Of a DNA stretch of 64,000 bases, positions 9,379 to 17,733 are shown piece after piece (the stretch's first letter is position 1; each line of letters begins with the position of its first letter). Position numbers and translations under genes: made by a program. The stretch comes from SAR86 cluster bacterium (lineage in GTDB: Bacteria; Pseudomonadota; Gammaproteobacteria; Magnimaribacterales; Magnimaribacteraceae), in assembly GCA_022447065.1 (NCBI GenBank), contig JAKUUM010000006.1:761-64760 (forward strand), in the 5' to 3' direction. Below the pieces are notes generated by a model that worked only from the letters and a program-made list of their open reading frames with translations, was not told the DNA's origin and searched no databases.

Positions 9379-10923
9379 CTACTTTAAACGTAAAAGTTTA
9401 GCCTTTAATTGGGGTTGAATTCTCTCAGCCCATTGAGACAAATACTTTCTAGTGTCTCTGGGGTCAATTATTTCGTGAACAGAGAAATTTTCGGCCCTTG
9501 GAAAAGGGTTTTGTTGCTTACTCATACTCTCTTCAATTTCCTTTCTTTTTGCTTCTGGGTCTTTAGCAGCAGCAATTTCTTTCTTAAATGCTACAGCTAC
9601 TCCTCCCTCTAAAGGCAAAGCCCCTGATTCAGCAGAAGGCCAAGCTAATACGTAACCTTCTGGTCCATAATGTGCTGCGGCTGCTACACCAAAAGATTTT
9701 CTTATCATCACTGATGACCATGGAACTGTGGACTCAGTTACAGCTAATACAGCTTCTGTTCCATGAAGAATTGTGGCCTGAACTTCAGCCTCCGGGCCAA
9801 TTAAAAAACCAGGCTCATCTACTAGGCTTACTATAGGGATATGAAACGTATCACATAGTTTTACAAACCTCGTTGTTTTTCTGGCCCCATCTGCAGACAT
9901 AGAGCCTGCATAAAAATTAGAATCGTTTGCCAAAATCCCAACACAAAACCCATTTATTCTCGAAAAGCCAGTGATTATTCCCCTTCCAAAAAATTTTGTC
10001 ATTTCAAAGAAAGAATCTTTATCAGAAACCATTGTTACTATATCTCTCATTTCATAAGATTTTTGACGATCTTTGGGAATAATAGAAAGCAGTTCTTCTT
10101 CCTTTCTATCTATAGGGTCTTCAGAATCTCTTCTTTCTGTTAACTCATAAATGCTTTGGGGCATGTAAGAAAGAAACTGCTTAATTTGAATAAAAGCTTC
10201 TTCTTCTGAATCTGCTACGTTGTCTGTAACTCCATTTAAACGATGAATATGTGAACCTCCTAGCTCTTCTTTAGTCATTTGTTTTCCAAAAGCTCTTTCC
10301 ACAACAGCAGGACCCGCTACAAGTAGTTGGGCTGTTTTCCGAGTCATCACTCTAAAATGAGAAGCAACAAACCTTGCTGCTGGTAAGCCAGCAACCGGCC
10401 CCAAGGCTGCAGAAATAACAGGTATTTCTTTCAAAGTGTCAGCTATGGACTTAAATCTTGATCTAGAAAATACAGGGTCTCCCCCGTAACCTCTATTTTT
10501 ACTCTTTGCTGGTCCTGCTACAGATCCACCACCCCCTTCATGCAACCTAACTAAAGGCATTTTGTAGGTTAATGCTAAGTCTTCTGTGTACACACTTTTT
10601 CTAAGTCCAGCTGGATTAGGAGACCCTCCTTTAACAGTGAAATCTTCTCCTCCTAAAACCACTGATCTGCCATCTATTTTGGCAAAGCCAAGAATAAAAT
10701 TAGCTGGAGTTAAGGATTGTATTTGACCTTTATCATTGGTTTCAGAGCTACCTGCGATCTCACCTTGTTCTTGAAAAGAACCTTTATCGATAAGTTTATC
10801 TATCCTTTCTCTAAGAGTTAATCTTCCTTTGGCATGTTGCAAATCAACTGCCTTAGATCCTCCTTGTTTTTTAGCAAGTTTCTTTCGAATCTTTATTTCG
10901 TCTGTTTCTTTTTTCCAATTCAT
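9379..10923 (-). CDS. Acyl-CoA carboxylase carboxyltransferase (beta) subunit family protein
   Basis: 514 aa. N-terminal GRLTLRERIDKLIDKGSFQE and the two-domain crotonase-like layout are typical of propionyl-/methylcrotonyl-CoA carboxylase beta chains. Confidence 0.8.
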   Translation of the reverse strand: MNWKKETDEIKIRKKLAKKQGGSKAVDLQHAKGRLTLRERIDKLIDKGSFQEQGEIAGSSETNDKGQIQSLTPANFILGFAKIDGRSVVLGGEDFTVKGGSPNPAGLRKSVYTEDLALTYKMPLVRLHEGGGGSVAGPAKSKNRGYGGDPVFSRSRFKSIADTLKEIPVISAALGPVAGLPAARFVASHFRVMTRKTAQLLVAGPAVVERAFGKQMTKEELGGSHIHRLNGVTDNVADSEEEAFIQIKQFLSYMPQSIYELTERRDSEDPIDRKEEELLSIIPKDRQKSYEMRDIVTMVSDKDSFFEMTKFFGRGIITGFSRINGFCVGILANDSNFYAGSMSADGARKTTRFVKLCDTFHIPIVSLVDEPGFLIGPEAEVQATILHGTEAVLAVTESTVPWSSVMIRKSFGVAAAAHYGPEGYVLAWPSAESGALPLEGGVAVAFKKEIAAAKDPEAKRKEIEESMSKQQNPFPRAENFSVHEIIDPRDTRKYLSQWAERIQPQLKAKLLRLK

Positions 10924-10930
10924 ATTCTTT

Positions 10931-11007
10931 TGGTGCCCCGTACAGGATTTGAACCTATGGCCTCCAGATTAGGAATCTGGCGCTCTATCCAACTGAGCTA
11001 ACGGGGC
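10931..11007 (-). tRNA. tRNA-Arg (anticodon CCT)
   Basis: Reverse complement reads GCCCCGTTAGCTCAGTTGGATAGAGCGCCAGATTCCTAATCTGGAGGCCATAGGTTCAAATCCTGTACGGGGCACCA. Cloverleaf with anticodon stem CCAGA/TCTGG, loop TTCCTAA and encoded CCA. Confidence 0.9.
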
Positions 11008-11224
11008 AATCTTTAATTATATTTTAATACATCCTCTTGATTTATATTAGGTCTCTGACTCCACAGTAATTTTTCTTTAGGTCAAAACTGCTTCCACTGT
11101 TAATTTTTAGGAATAAAATAAAGTAATTAATAACAATATACTAAATAAGACTGTACCTTTACATGTACCTTACATGTAGCATATTGTTTTGTTTTGATAA
11201 AATAACATTTTCAGAGTTAAAAGA

Positions 11225-11842
11225 GTGACGAACTTGCTTAAAATAGAAAATTTAACTTGCCAAAGGTCAAATAACCTTATTTTTAGTAATTTATCCTTCG
11301 AGGTGGAGAAGGGTAATAATGTTGAAATTATAGGCTCAAATGGTTCTGGTAAGACTTCTTTACTCAGATGCATTCTAGGATTAGTAGAAAAGAAGGAAGG
11401 GAAAATTTCATGGAAAAATCAACCGGTAGAAGAATCTAGGCATTCTTTTTTAAAATCTTGTTTATATCAAGGTCATGAACTTGCTCTTAAACCATCTTTC
11501 TCGGTACTAGAAAATTTAACCTATTCACATCTATCCTTTGGTCTGAAAGAAGATAAGATTTTGTTTACTTTAAAAGAAGTTGGATTGAATGACTTTATAA
11601 AGAGAACTGCTTCAGATTTATCTACAGGGCAACTGAAAAGATTGGCCCTAGCAAGATGGTTAATGTGTGACCAAGAGTTATATTTGATAGATGAACCTTT
11701 TTCTTCTCTAGATGAGGAAGGTGTTCGTCTCGTCCTTAGGATTATAAAAGAACTAAACTCGAGGGGCTGTTCATTTCTTTTTACGAGCCATAGAAGTACA
11801 GAGGCTGATTCAACAAAAATTCATTTGGATCATTATTCATGA
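11225..11842 (+). CDS. ccmA: Heme exporter ATP-binding protein CcmA
   Basis: 205 aa, GTG start. Walker A GSNGSGKT and signature LSTGQ. First gene of a contiguous ccm operon. Confidence 0.85.
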   Translation: MTNLLKIENLTCQRSNNLIFSNLSFEVEKGNNVEIIGSNGSGKTSLLRCILGLVEKKEGKISWKNQPVEESRHSFLKSCLYQGHELALKPSFSVLENLTYSHLSFGLKEDKILFTLKEVGLNDFIKRTASDLSTGQLKRLALARWLMCDQELYLIDEPFSSLDEEGVRLVLRIIKELNSRGCSFLFTSHRSTEADSTKIHLDHYS

Positions 11843-12519
11843 ATAACACGAGTACTTTATTTTCTTGGTTCAGGCTCATTCTCAAGAGAGATCTTGCTCT
11901 ATCTTTCAAGAAAATAGCCACTTTCCTTATACCTTTAGTTTTTTTTCTTATAGTTATTAGTCTTTTCCCCTTGGCATTGGGCACAGAGAATTCTTTTCTA
12001 AGTTCTCTTTCCCCTGGAGTCATCTGGGTTGCTGCATTGCTAGCCTCATTATTAGCAGTTGAAAGTATATTCAATGAGGACTTTAGAGATGGAACGTTAG
12101 ATCATTTTCTTTTAAGCGGAGAGCCTATTTTTATATTGGTATTCGCTAAGGTATTTGCTCATTGGTTAGTAACAGGTGTTCCCTTATTACTGGCTTCATT
12201 AATAAGTACATTCTTTCTATTTCTTCCAGAGGGGGTGGTTTTACCACTTTTAATTAGCCTTTTGATAGGAACTTTGTTGCTAAGCTTACTTGGTGCTTTA
12301 GGCAGTGCCCTAACCATCGGAAAGACAGCTATATTGAGCGCGGTTATTGTTCTACCACTTTCCATACCTATTTTAATTCTAGGGGTGGCTATAATTACTT
12401 CTGCTATTAATAATCAGGACTATCTTTCTTATCTTTATTTCTTGGGAGCAATGCTTGCAGTTGGAATACCAGGACTTTGTTTGGCGACAGTGGAAGCCAT
12501 ATCTATAAATTATGATTAG
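11839..12519 (+). CDS. ccmB: Heme exporter membrane protein CcmB
   Basis: 226-aa polytopic membrane protein. Overlaps ccmA by 4 nt and sits in the operon position between ccmA and ccmC. Confidence 0.85.
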   Translation: MNNTSTLFSWFRLILKRDLALSFKKIATFLIPLVFFLIVISLFPLALGTENSFLSSLSPGVIWVAALLASLLAVESIFNEDFRDGTLDHFLLSGEPIFILVFAKVFAHWLVTGVPLLLASLISTFFLFLPEGVVLPLLISLLIGTLLLSLLGALGSALTIGKTAILSAVIVLPLSIPILILGVAIITSAINNQDYLSYLYFLGAMLAVGIPGLCLATVEAISINYD

Positions 12520-13270
12520 TCTTTCAATTCTCAAAAAATGGTTAATATCCATGGGATCTCCACCTTTCTTTTTTAAATGGGCTTCCAGATTGTTACCATG
12601 GTTTTCTCCTATTTCCTTCTCGATATTGATAATAGGGTTGATTTGGGGAGTTGGCTTTGCCCCTTCAGACTATAAGCAAGGAGACGTATATAGGATTATT
12701 TTTGTACACGTTCCTTCAGCAATTTTGGGACAGTCTATATATTTAATGATGGCAATTTTTGGATCTATTTGTCTAATTTGGAGAGCGAAACTAGCTGGCA
12801 TGTTTCTGAGATCCGCAGCTCCACTTGGAGCTAGCTTCACCTTGATTGCTTTAATCAGTGGAGCAGTTTGGGGAAAGCCTACCTGGGGAACCTGGTGGGT
12901 GTGGGACGCCAGATTAACATCTACTCTAATCTTATTTTTTCTTTATGTTGGAATAATAGGACTTTACTCTTCAATAGATAATAAGCAAAAAGGAGACAGA
13001 GCGGCTTCTTTAATTTCAGTCGTTGGAGTAATCATTGTTCCCATAATAAAGAAATCTGTGGATTGGTGGCAAACGCTTCATCAGCCTTCTACTTTCAGTA
13101 TCACTTCTTCTCCCTCGATGACTTCAGATATGTATTTTCCACTTTTAATTTGTGTTATTGGCTTTTATTTCATATTTGTTTCTCTACTGTGTAATAGATT
13201 AAGAGTAGAAATATTAACTAGAGAAAGAAATACTACATGGGTTAAGGAATATTTAAATAACAAGGTTTAA
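12512..13270 (+). CDS. ccmC: Heme exporter protein CcmC
   Basis: 252 aa with the Trp-rich WGKPTWGTWWVWDARL (WWD) heme-handling motif. Confidence 0.9.
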   Translation: MISLSILKKWLISMGSPPFFFKWASRLLPWFSPISFSILIIGLIWGVGFAPSDYKQGDVYRIIFVHVPSAILGQSIYLMMAIFGSICLIWRAKLAGMFLRSAAPLGASFTLIALISGAVWGKPTWGTWWVWDARLTSTLILFFLYVGIIGLYSSIDNKQKGDRAASLISVVGVIIVPIIKKSVDWWQTLHQPSTFSITSSPSMTSDMYFPLLICVIGFYFIFVSLLCNRLRVEILTRERNTTWVKEYLNNKV

Positions 13271-13272
13271 GT

Positions 13273-13434
13273 ATGCTGGAATTTATTAGAGACTTATTTC
13301 TTATGGACGGACAGGGCAAGTACGTTTGGTTTGTTTTGTTAATTTTTTTTATTGTTATTTGCTTTAACTATTACTTGCCATATAGAGCAATCAGAAAAAT
13401 AAAAGAAGAGAACTCTCAACATACTGGGGAATAA
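13273..13434 (+). CDS. ccmD: Heme exporter protein CcmD (small ORF absent from the supplied track)
   Basis: 53 codons reading MLEFIRDLFLMDGQGKYVWFVLLIFFIVICFNYYLPYRAIRKIKEENSQHTGE, with a single TM plus a basic tail. It fills the ccmC-ccmE gap exactly where ccmD is expected. Confidence 0.65.
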   Translation: MLEFIRDLFLMDGQGKYVWFVLLIFFIVICFNYYLPYRAIRKIKEENSQHTGE

Positions 13435-13437
13435 GAT

Positions 13438-13863
13438 TTGAATCCTTTAAGAAAACAAAGACTTTATGTAGTTTTGTCTATATTTCTGGGCACTGCCATT
13501 GCTGTCCTATTAGTGTTTCAAGGACTTTCAAAAAGTATTAATCTATTTTATTCACCTTCCGAAATTCTAAAAGCGCAGATAGAGGCAGGTACAGAAATAA
13601 GAGTTGGTGGTATGGTTAAGAAAGGCTCAGTTTATAGAGAAACTAATTCATTAAAGCTTTCTTTCGAAATTACTGACTTTGAGGAGGATCTTGTTATTGA
13701 GTATGAAGGAATACTTCCTGATCTGTTTTCTGAAGAAGCAGGAGTTGTTCTTAAAGGCACAATAAACAGCAAAGGAGTTTTTGTAGCACATGAAGTGCTC
13801 GCAAAGCATGATGAAAATTATATGCCCCCAGAAGTCGCAAAGACGTTAAAACAAAAGAAATGA
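13438..13863 (+). CDS. ccmE: Cytochrome c-type biogenesis heme chaperone CcmE
   Basis: 141 aa, TTG start. N-terminal anchor and the heme-binding His region LAKHDENYMPPEV. Confidence 0.85.
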   Translation: MNPLRKQRLYVVLSIFLGTAIAVLLVFQGLSKSINLFYSPSEILKAQIEAGTEIRVGGMVKKGSVYRETNSLKLSFEITDFEEDLVIEYEGILPDLFSEEAGVVLKGTINSKGVFVAHEVLAKHDENYMPPEVAKTLKQKK

Positions 13864-15782
13864 TAGCGGAGATAGGTCACCTTCTATTAATCGGGGCTCT
13901 GGTAATAAGCTTTTTTGTGGGATTTTCTCCTTTATGCAGATTCATCACCAAAGATAATTTCTTTTACCGTGTCACAGGACCTTTAAATATTCTGGTCTTA
14001 TTTTTAGTTCTTTTTAGCTTTATTTCTCTAATTTACAGTTTCTTAAATGATGATTTTTCTCTTGCTTATGTAGCAAATAATTCAAATACTCTCTTACCTG
14101 TTTATTATAAATTAGCTGCTACATGGGGAGCACATGAAGGATCTTTGCTCTTATGGATATTCTGTCTTTGTTTATGGGCAACCAGTTATCTCTTTTTTAA
14201 CAGAAAAAAAGATGAGGAATTTGTAGCTTTAACGTTGGCTGTTTTAAACCAAATAATTTGTGCTTTTATAGCGTTTACTCTTTTCACTTCAAATCCCTTC
14301 GAAAGACTACTTCCAATTATGCCCATTCAAGGATCTGACCTTAACCCCCTACTTCAAGACTTTGCTTTTACCATTCATCCTCCTTTGCTCTATCTGGGGT
14401 ATTCTGGTTTAGCAGTTCCTTTTGCGCTTTCTATCGCAGCATTGATTTCTAGAAATATTGATTCTGTATGGGCCAGGGATACTAGACCTTGGTCTCTTTT
14501 GTCTTCAGGTTTCTTAACCTTAGGAATAGCTGTTGGTAGTTGGTGGGCTTATTATGAATTAGGCTGGGGAGGCTGGTGGTTTTGGGATCCAGTAGAAAAT
14601 GCTGCGTTTGTTCCTTGGTTAATCTCAATAGCTATGTTCCATTCATTAATTGTTACAGAAAGGCGAGGACTTTATAAAAACTGGTCCATACTTCTGACGA
14701 TTCTAGCTTTTGCTGCCAGCATTCTTGGGACATTCCTCGTAAGATCTGGTGTGCTTACCTCTGTTCATGTTTTCGCTTTGGATCCTGAAAGAGGAGTTTT
14801 TATATTGGTAATTTTTTCATATTTTATTTTAGGATCTTTGATCATTTACTCCCTGATGAACAATAAACTTCCTGGAAGAAGTACTTACAGTTTAATCTCT
14901 AGGGAATTTGGTTTCTTATTAAATAATCTGCTCTTAGTGATCTTGGCTATTTCAATAATGTTTGGAACTCTTTTCCCTTTAATTTATGAAGCTATATATG
15001 ATGGGAAACAAATTTCAGTTGGACCTCCTTATTATCAAGTCTTAATTCTCCCTTTTGCTATAGGTTTAAGTTTCTTGCAGGGAATAGGCTTATATCTTGG
15101 CTGGAATTCCACCAAGGAATTTAGTTTTTTAAAAAGGATTGCTATAGAAAGTTTTAGTTTATTTTTATTGATATGTCTTTTTGTTTTTTTAGTTTTTGGA
15201 AAGTTCTCCTGGGGAAGTGTGCTGGCCATTGCAATGTTTTGCTGGATAGTTTCAGGAAATTTTATCGAATTAATTTATAACTCTTCTCATCTTAGAGACT
15301 TGAAAGCAGTTTTATTTAAGAGGCTAGCTCTTATTAGTGCCCATTTGGGTATGGCCTTTTTAGTATTGGGAGTAGGGATGGTCACAACTTTCTCTTTGGA
15401 GAGAGAAGTTGTTTTGTCTGAAGGTGAGGGTTATCAATTAGGAGATGTAACTTTTACTTTCAAAGGAATCGAAGAATACAAAGATTTAAATTATTACGTT
15501 GACTCCGCAAGGATTGAAATTAAAAGAAATGACACTGTTAATGAAGTAAGAGCCGAAAAGAGAATTTATCTTAGTACAAATCAAACAATGACTGAAGCAG
15601 CTATCAAACCCACTCTTTTGCAAGATTATTATGTAACTCTTGGAGATCATCTAGGAGATAAAACTTGGTCTTTTAAGTTACAGATAAAGCCTTTCATTAG
15701 ATGGATTTGGTTTGGAGCAATACTAATAGCTTTCGGTACTTTCGTTTCAAGTTTCAATATTTTAAAAAAAAGCCATGAATAG
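13860..15782 (+). CDS. ccmF: Cytochrome c heme lyase subunit CcmF
   Basis: 640-aa polytopic protein with WWD-type motif WGGWWFWDPVENA. Confidence 0.9.
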   Translation: MIAEIGHLLLIGALVISFFVGFSPLCRFITKDNFFYRVTGPLNILVLFLVLFSFISLIYSFLNDDFSLAYVANNSNTLLPVYYKLAATWGAHEGSLLLWIFCLCLWATSYLFFNRKKDEEFVALTLAVLNQIICAFIAFTLFTSNPFERLLPIMPIQGSDLNPLLQDFAFTIHPPLLYLGYSGLAVPFALSIAALISRNIDSVWARDTRPWSLLSSGFLTLGIAVGSWWAYYELGWGGWWFWDPVENAAFVPWLISIAMFHSLIVTERRGLYKNWSILLTILAFAASILGTFLVRSGVLTSVHVFALDPERGVFILVIFSYFILGSLIIYSLMNNKLPGRSTYSLISREFGFLLNNLLLVILAISIMFGTLFPLIYEAIYDGKQISVGPPYYQVLILPFAIGLSFLQGIGLYLGWNSTKEFSFLKRIAIESFSLFLLICLFVFLVFGKFSWGSVLAIAMFCWIVSGNFIELIYNSSHLRDLKAVLFKRLALISAHLGMAFLVLGVGMVTTFSLEREVVLSEGEGYQLGDVTFTFKGIEEYKDLNYYVDSARIEIKRNDTVNEVRAEKRIYLSTNQTMTEAAIKPTLLQDYYVTLGDHLGDKTWSFKLQIKPFIRWIWFGAILIAFGTFVSSFNILKKSHE

Positions 15783-16293
15783 GGTCACACATTTCTTGCC
15801 ATTCATCTTCTTTATTTTTTTTATAATTGCGTTGTTTAGTTTTCTTGATAAAGATGAAGATCAATTACGTTCCGTTTTACTTGATAAGAATTTCCCTGAT
15901 TTCTCCTTGCCTAAGCTTGAATCTCAAGAAATAGTTACTGGTCAAGACCTTTCTGAACTTCCATCATTACTAAATGTATGGGCTACTTGGTGTATCGCTT
16001 GTAGGGTGGAACATCCATTCCTAATGAGATTAAAAGAAGAATCTACAGTCAAAATTTATGGATTAAATTATAAAGATCAAAGAGAAAAAGCCCTCAAGTT
16101 ATTGGATCAGATAGGCAATCCTTACGAATTTAGTATTTTTGATCAGAAAGGAAAGTTAGCATTAGATTTGGGCGTATACGGAGCACCTGAGACTTTCTTA
16201 ATTGACGAAAAAGGTGTTATTAGGGTTAGACATGTTGGTGTTTTAACCGAAGATGTTTGGGAAAAAAAGTTTAAGGTAATTTTAGATGAGTGA
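15775..16293 (+). CDS. ccmG: Thiol:disulfide oxidoreductase CcmG/DsbE
   Basis: 172 aa with an N-terminal anchor, thioredoxin motif WATWCIACR and GVYGAPETFLID. Confidence 0.85.
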   Translation: MNRVTHFLPFIFFIFFIIALFSFLDKDEDQLRSVLLDKNFPDFSLPKLESQEIVTGQDLSELPSLLNVWATWCIACRVEHPFLMRLKEESTVKIYGLNYKDQREKALKLLDQIGNPYEFSIFDQKGKLALDLGVYGAPETFLIDEKGVIRVRHVGVLTEDVWEKKFKVILDE

Positions 16294-16774
16294 ACAGAAG
16301 ATGGCGTATAAATTCTTAATATTTCTTTTATTTTTAGCTCCTATGGTTGCCCAATCAGATACATCAAAAGAGCTTTATTCTTTTACTGGCACTGAAGATC
16401 AAGAGAGGTTTTCTAACCTCTTAGAGACTTATAGATGTCCAAAATGCCAGAGTTCAAGCTTAGCAGGTTCTAATGCTCCGATAGCCAAAGATCTTAAGAC
16501 TGAAATACACAGATTGATTAAAGAAGGCAAATCAGATAAACAAATTGAGGACTTTTTAAGATCAAGATATGGAGATTTTATTATTTATAAACCTGCGTTT
16601 AGAATGAATACTTTGGTTCTATGGCTAGGACCTTTCTTGTTACTTTTAGTAATACTCATATTAGTTGTAAATTGGAACATCTCTTCCAAACGTAAGGTAA
16701 AAGACTTAGAAGCTGAGAACATAGTTAAGGCAGTAGAGAGAACGAGGTTAAAGAAGTTACTGGAAGAAGATTAG
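16286..16774 (+). CDS. ccmH: Cytochrome c-type biogenesis protein CcmH
   Basis: 162 aa. YRCPKCQSSSLAGSNAPIA (the LRCxxC motif) and RYGDFIIYKP. Confidence 0.85.
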   Translation: MSEQKMAYKFLIFLLFLAPMVAQSDTSKELYSFTGTEDQERFSNLLETYRCPKCQSSSLAGSNAPIAKDLKTEIHRLIKEGKSDKQIEDFLRSRYGDFIIYKPAFRMNTLVLWLGPFLLLLVILILVVNWNISSKRKVKDLEAENIVKAVERTRLKKLLEED

Positions 16775-17620
16775 ATGTTTTATATTGTAGGTACAGCATT
16801 TCTTATAGGAGTAAGTGTTTACATTACAACAACCTTTTTTGTAGACAAAAAGTCTTTTTACGACAGGCGATTAAAAAATATAGAGTTATTTAAAGAAGAA
16901 GAAGAAAACCTTAAATCAATTAAAAATTTGTCTAATGAATCTCTCACTTTGCTTATTAGAGAAAGAGAACAAAACTTGTTACAGGATGTTCCTAGAGAAA
17001 AGGAGCTGGCCACATCAATGTACAGAAATCCATTGATTCTTCCAATTCTTTTAGCTCTTTGTTCTTGTTTAGTTATTTTTGCCATTTACTTTCAACCTAT
17101 TTCTCTTGGATCTCTAAACGACCTCAGAACTCACGATATTATTTATGGTTTTATTCAGGGAGATGAGAAAGAAAGAAATAAAAAAAGGAACGCTCTAATT
17201 CTTGAACTAGAAGACCTGGTGGATTCGAAAATATCTACTGCATCAGAACTTTACTATTTATCTACTAAATTTAGAGAGATTGATGAGTACCTTTTTTCAA
17301 GTTTGTTGTTAGCTGAGCTAATAAATGCATATAAGAAAGAAATTCCTGCTTATGTTTATTCTGAGTATGCTCAAACCATTTTCTTTAAAGAAGGCAAGAT
17401 ATTTTCTGCAGCGGTCAATAAAGCTTTAGACGTCGCACTTGCTAAATCGCCCACTAATTCAATCGCATTAACACTTAAAGGAATTAACCAATTTGAAGCT
17501 GGAGATCTATCTTTAGCGAAGATCTCTTGGGAAGAGGCTATTAAATATAGTAATAATGAAACAGAAAAAAGATCGATCCAAACTGCCATAGACAGTATAA
17601 AGTCAATAAAAAATCAGTAG
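16775..17620 (+). CDS. ccmI: Cytochrome c biogenesis TPR protein CcmI/CycH-like
   Basis: 281 aa with two hydrophobic segments followed by a helical-repeat C-terminus. Last gene of the ccm operon. The call rests mainly on architecture and position. Confidence 0.55.
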   Translation: MFYIVGTAFLIGVSVYITTTFFVDKKSFYDRRLKNIELFKEEEENLKSIKNLSNESLTLLIREREQNLLQDVPREKELATSMYRNPLILPILLALCSCLVIFAIYFQPISLGSLNDLRTHDIIYGFIQGDEKERNKKRNALILELEDLVDSKISTASELYYLSTKFREIDEYLFSSLLLAELINAYKKEIPAYVYSEYAQTIFFKEGKIFSAAVNKALDVALAKSPTNSIALTLKGINQFEAGDLSLAKISWEEAIKYSNNETEKRSIQTAIDSIKSIKNQ

Positions 17621-17733
17621 TTTCATAGGGTCAAATAGACTAGAATTACCCCGTAAATGGAAAGATATTGTTGTCTTTCGATATCGTCCAATCTTAGGGC
17701 GAAGGGCTTCTTCCCCCCCAAATCAAGCAGAAA

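Noticed and set aside
10931-11224. Integrated element at tRNA-Arg(CCT)
   Set aside because: There is no integrase, no direct repeat of the tRNA 3' end found by eye, and the flanking genes (carboxyltransferase, ccm operon) are ordinary chromosomal genes.
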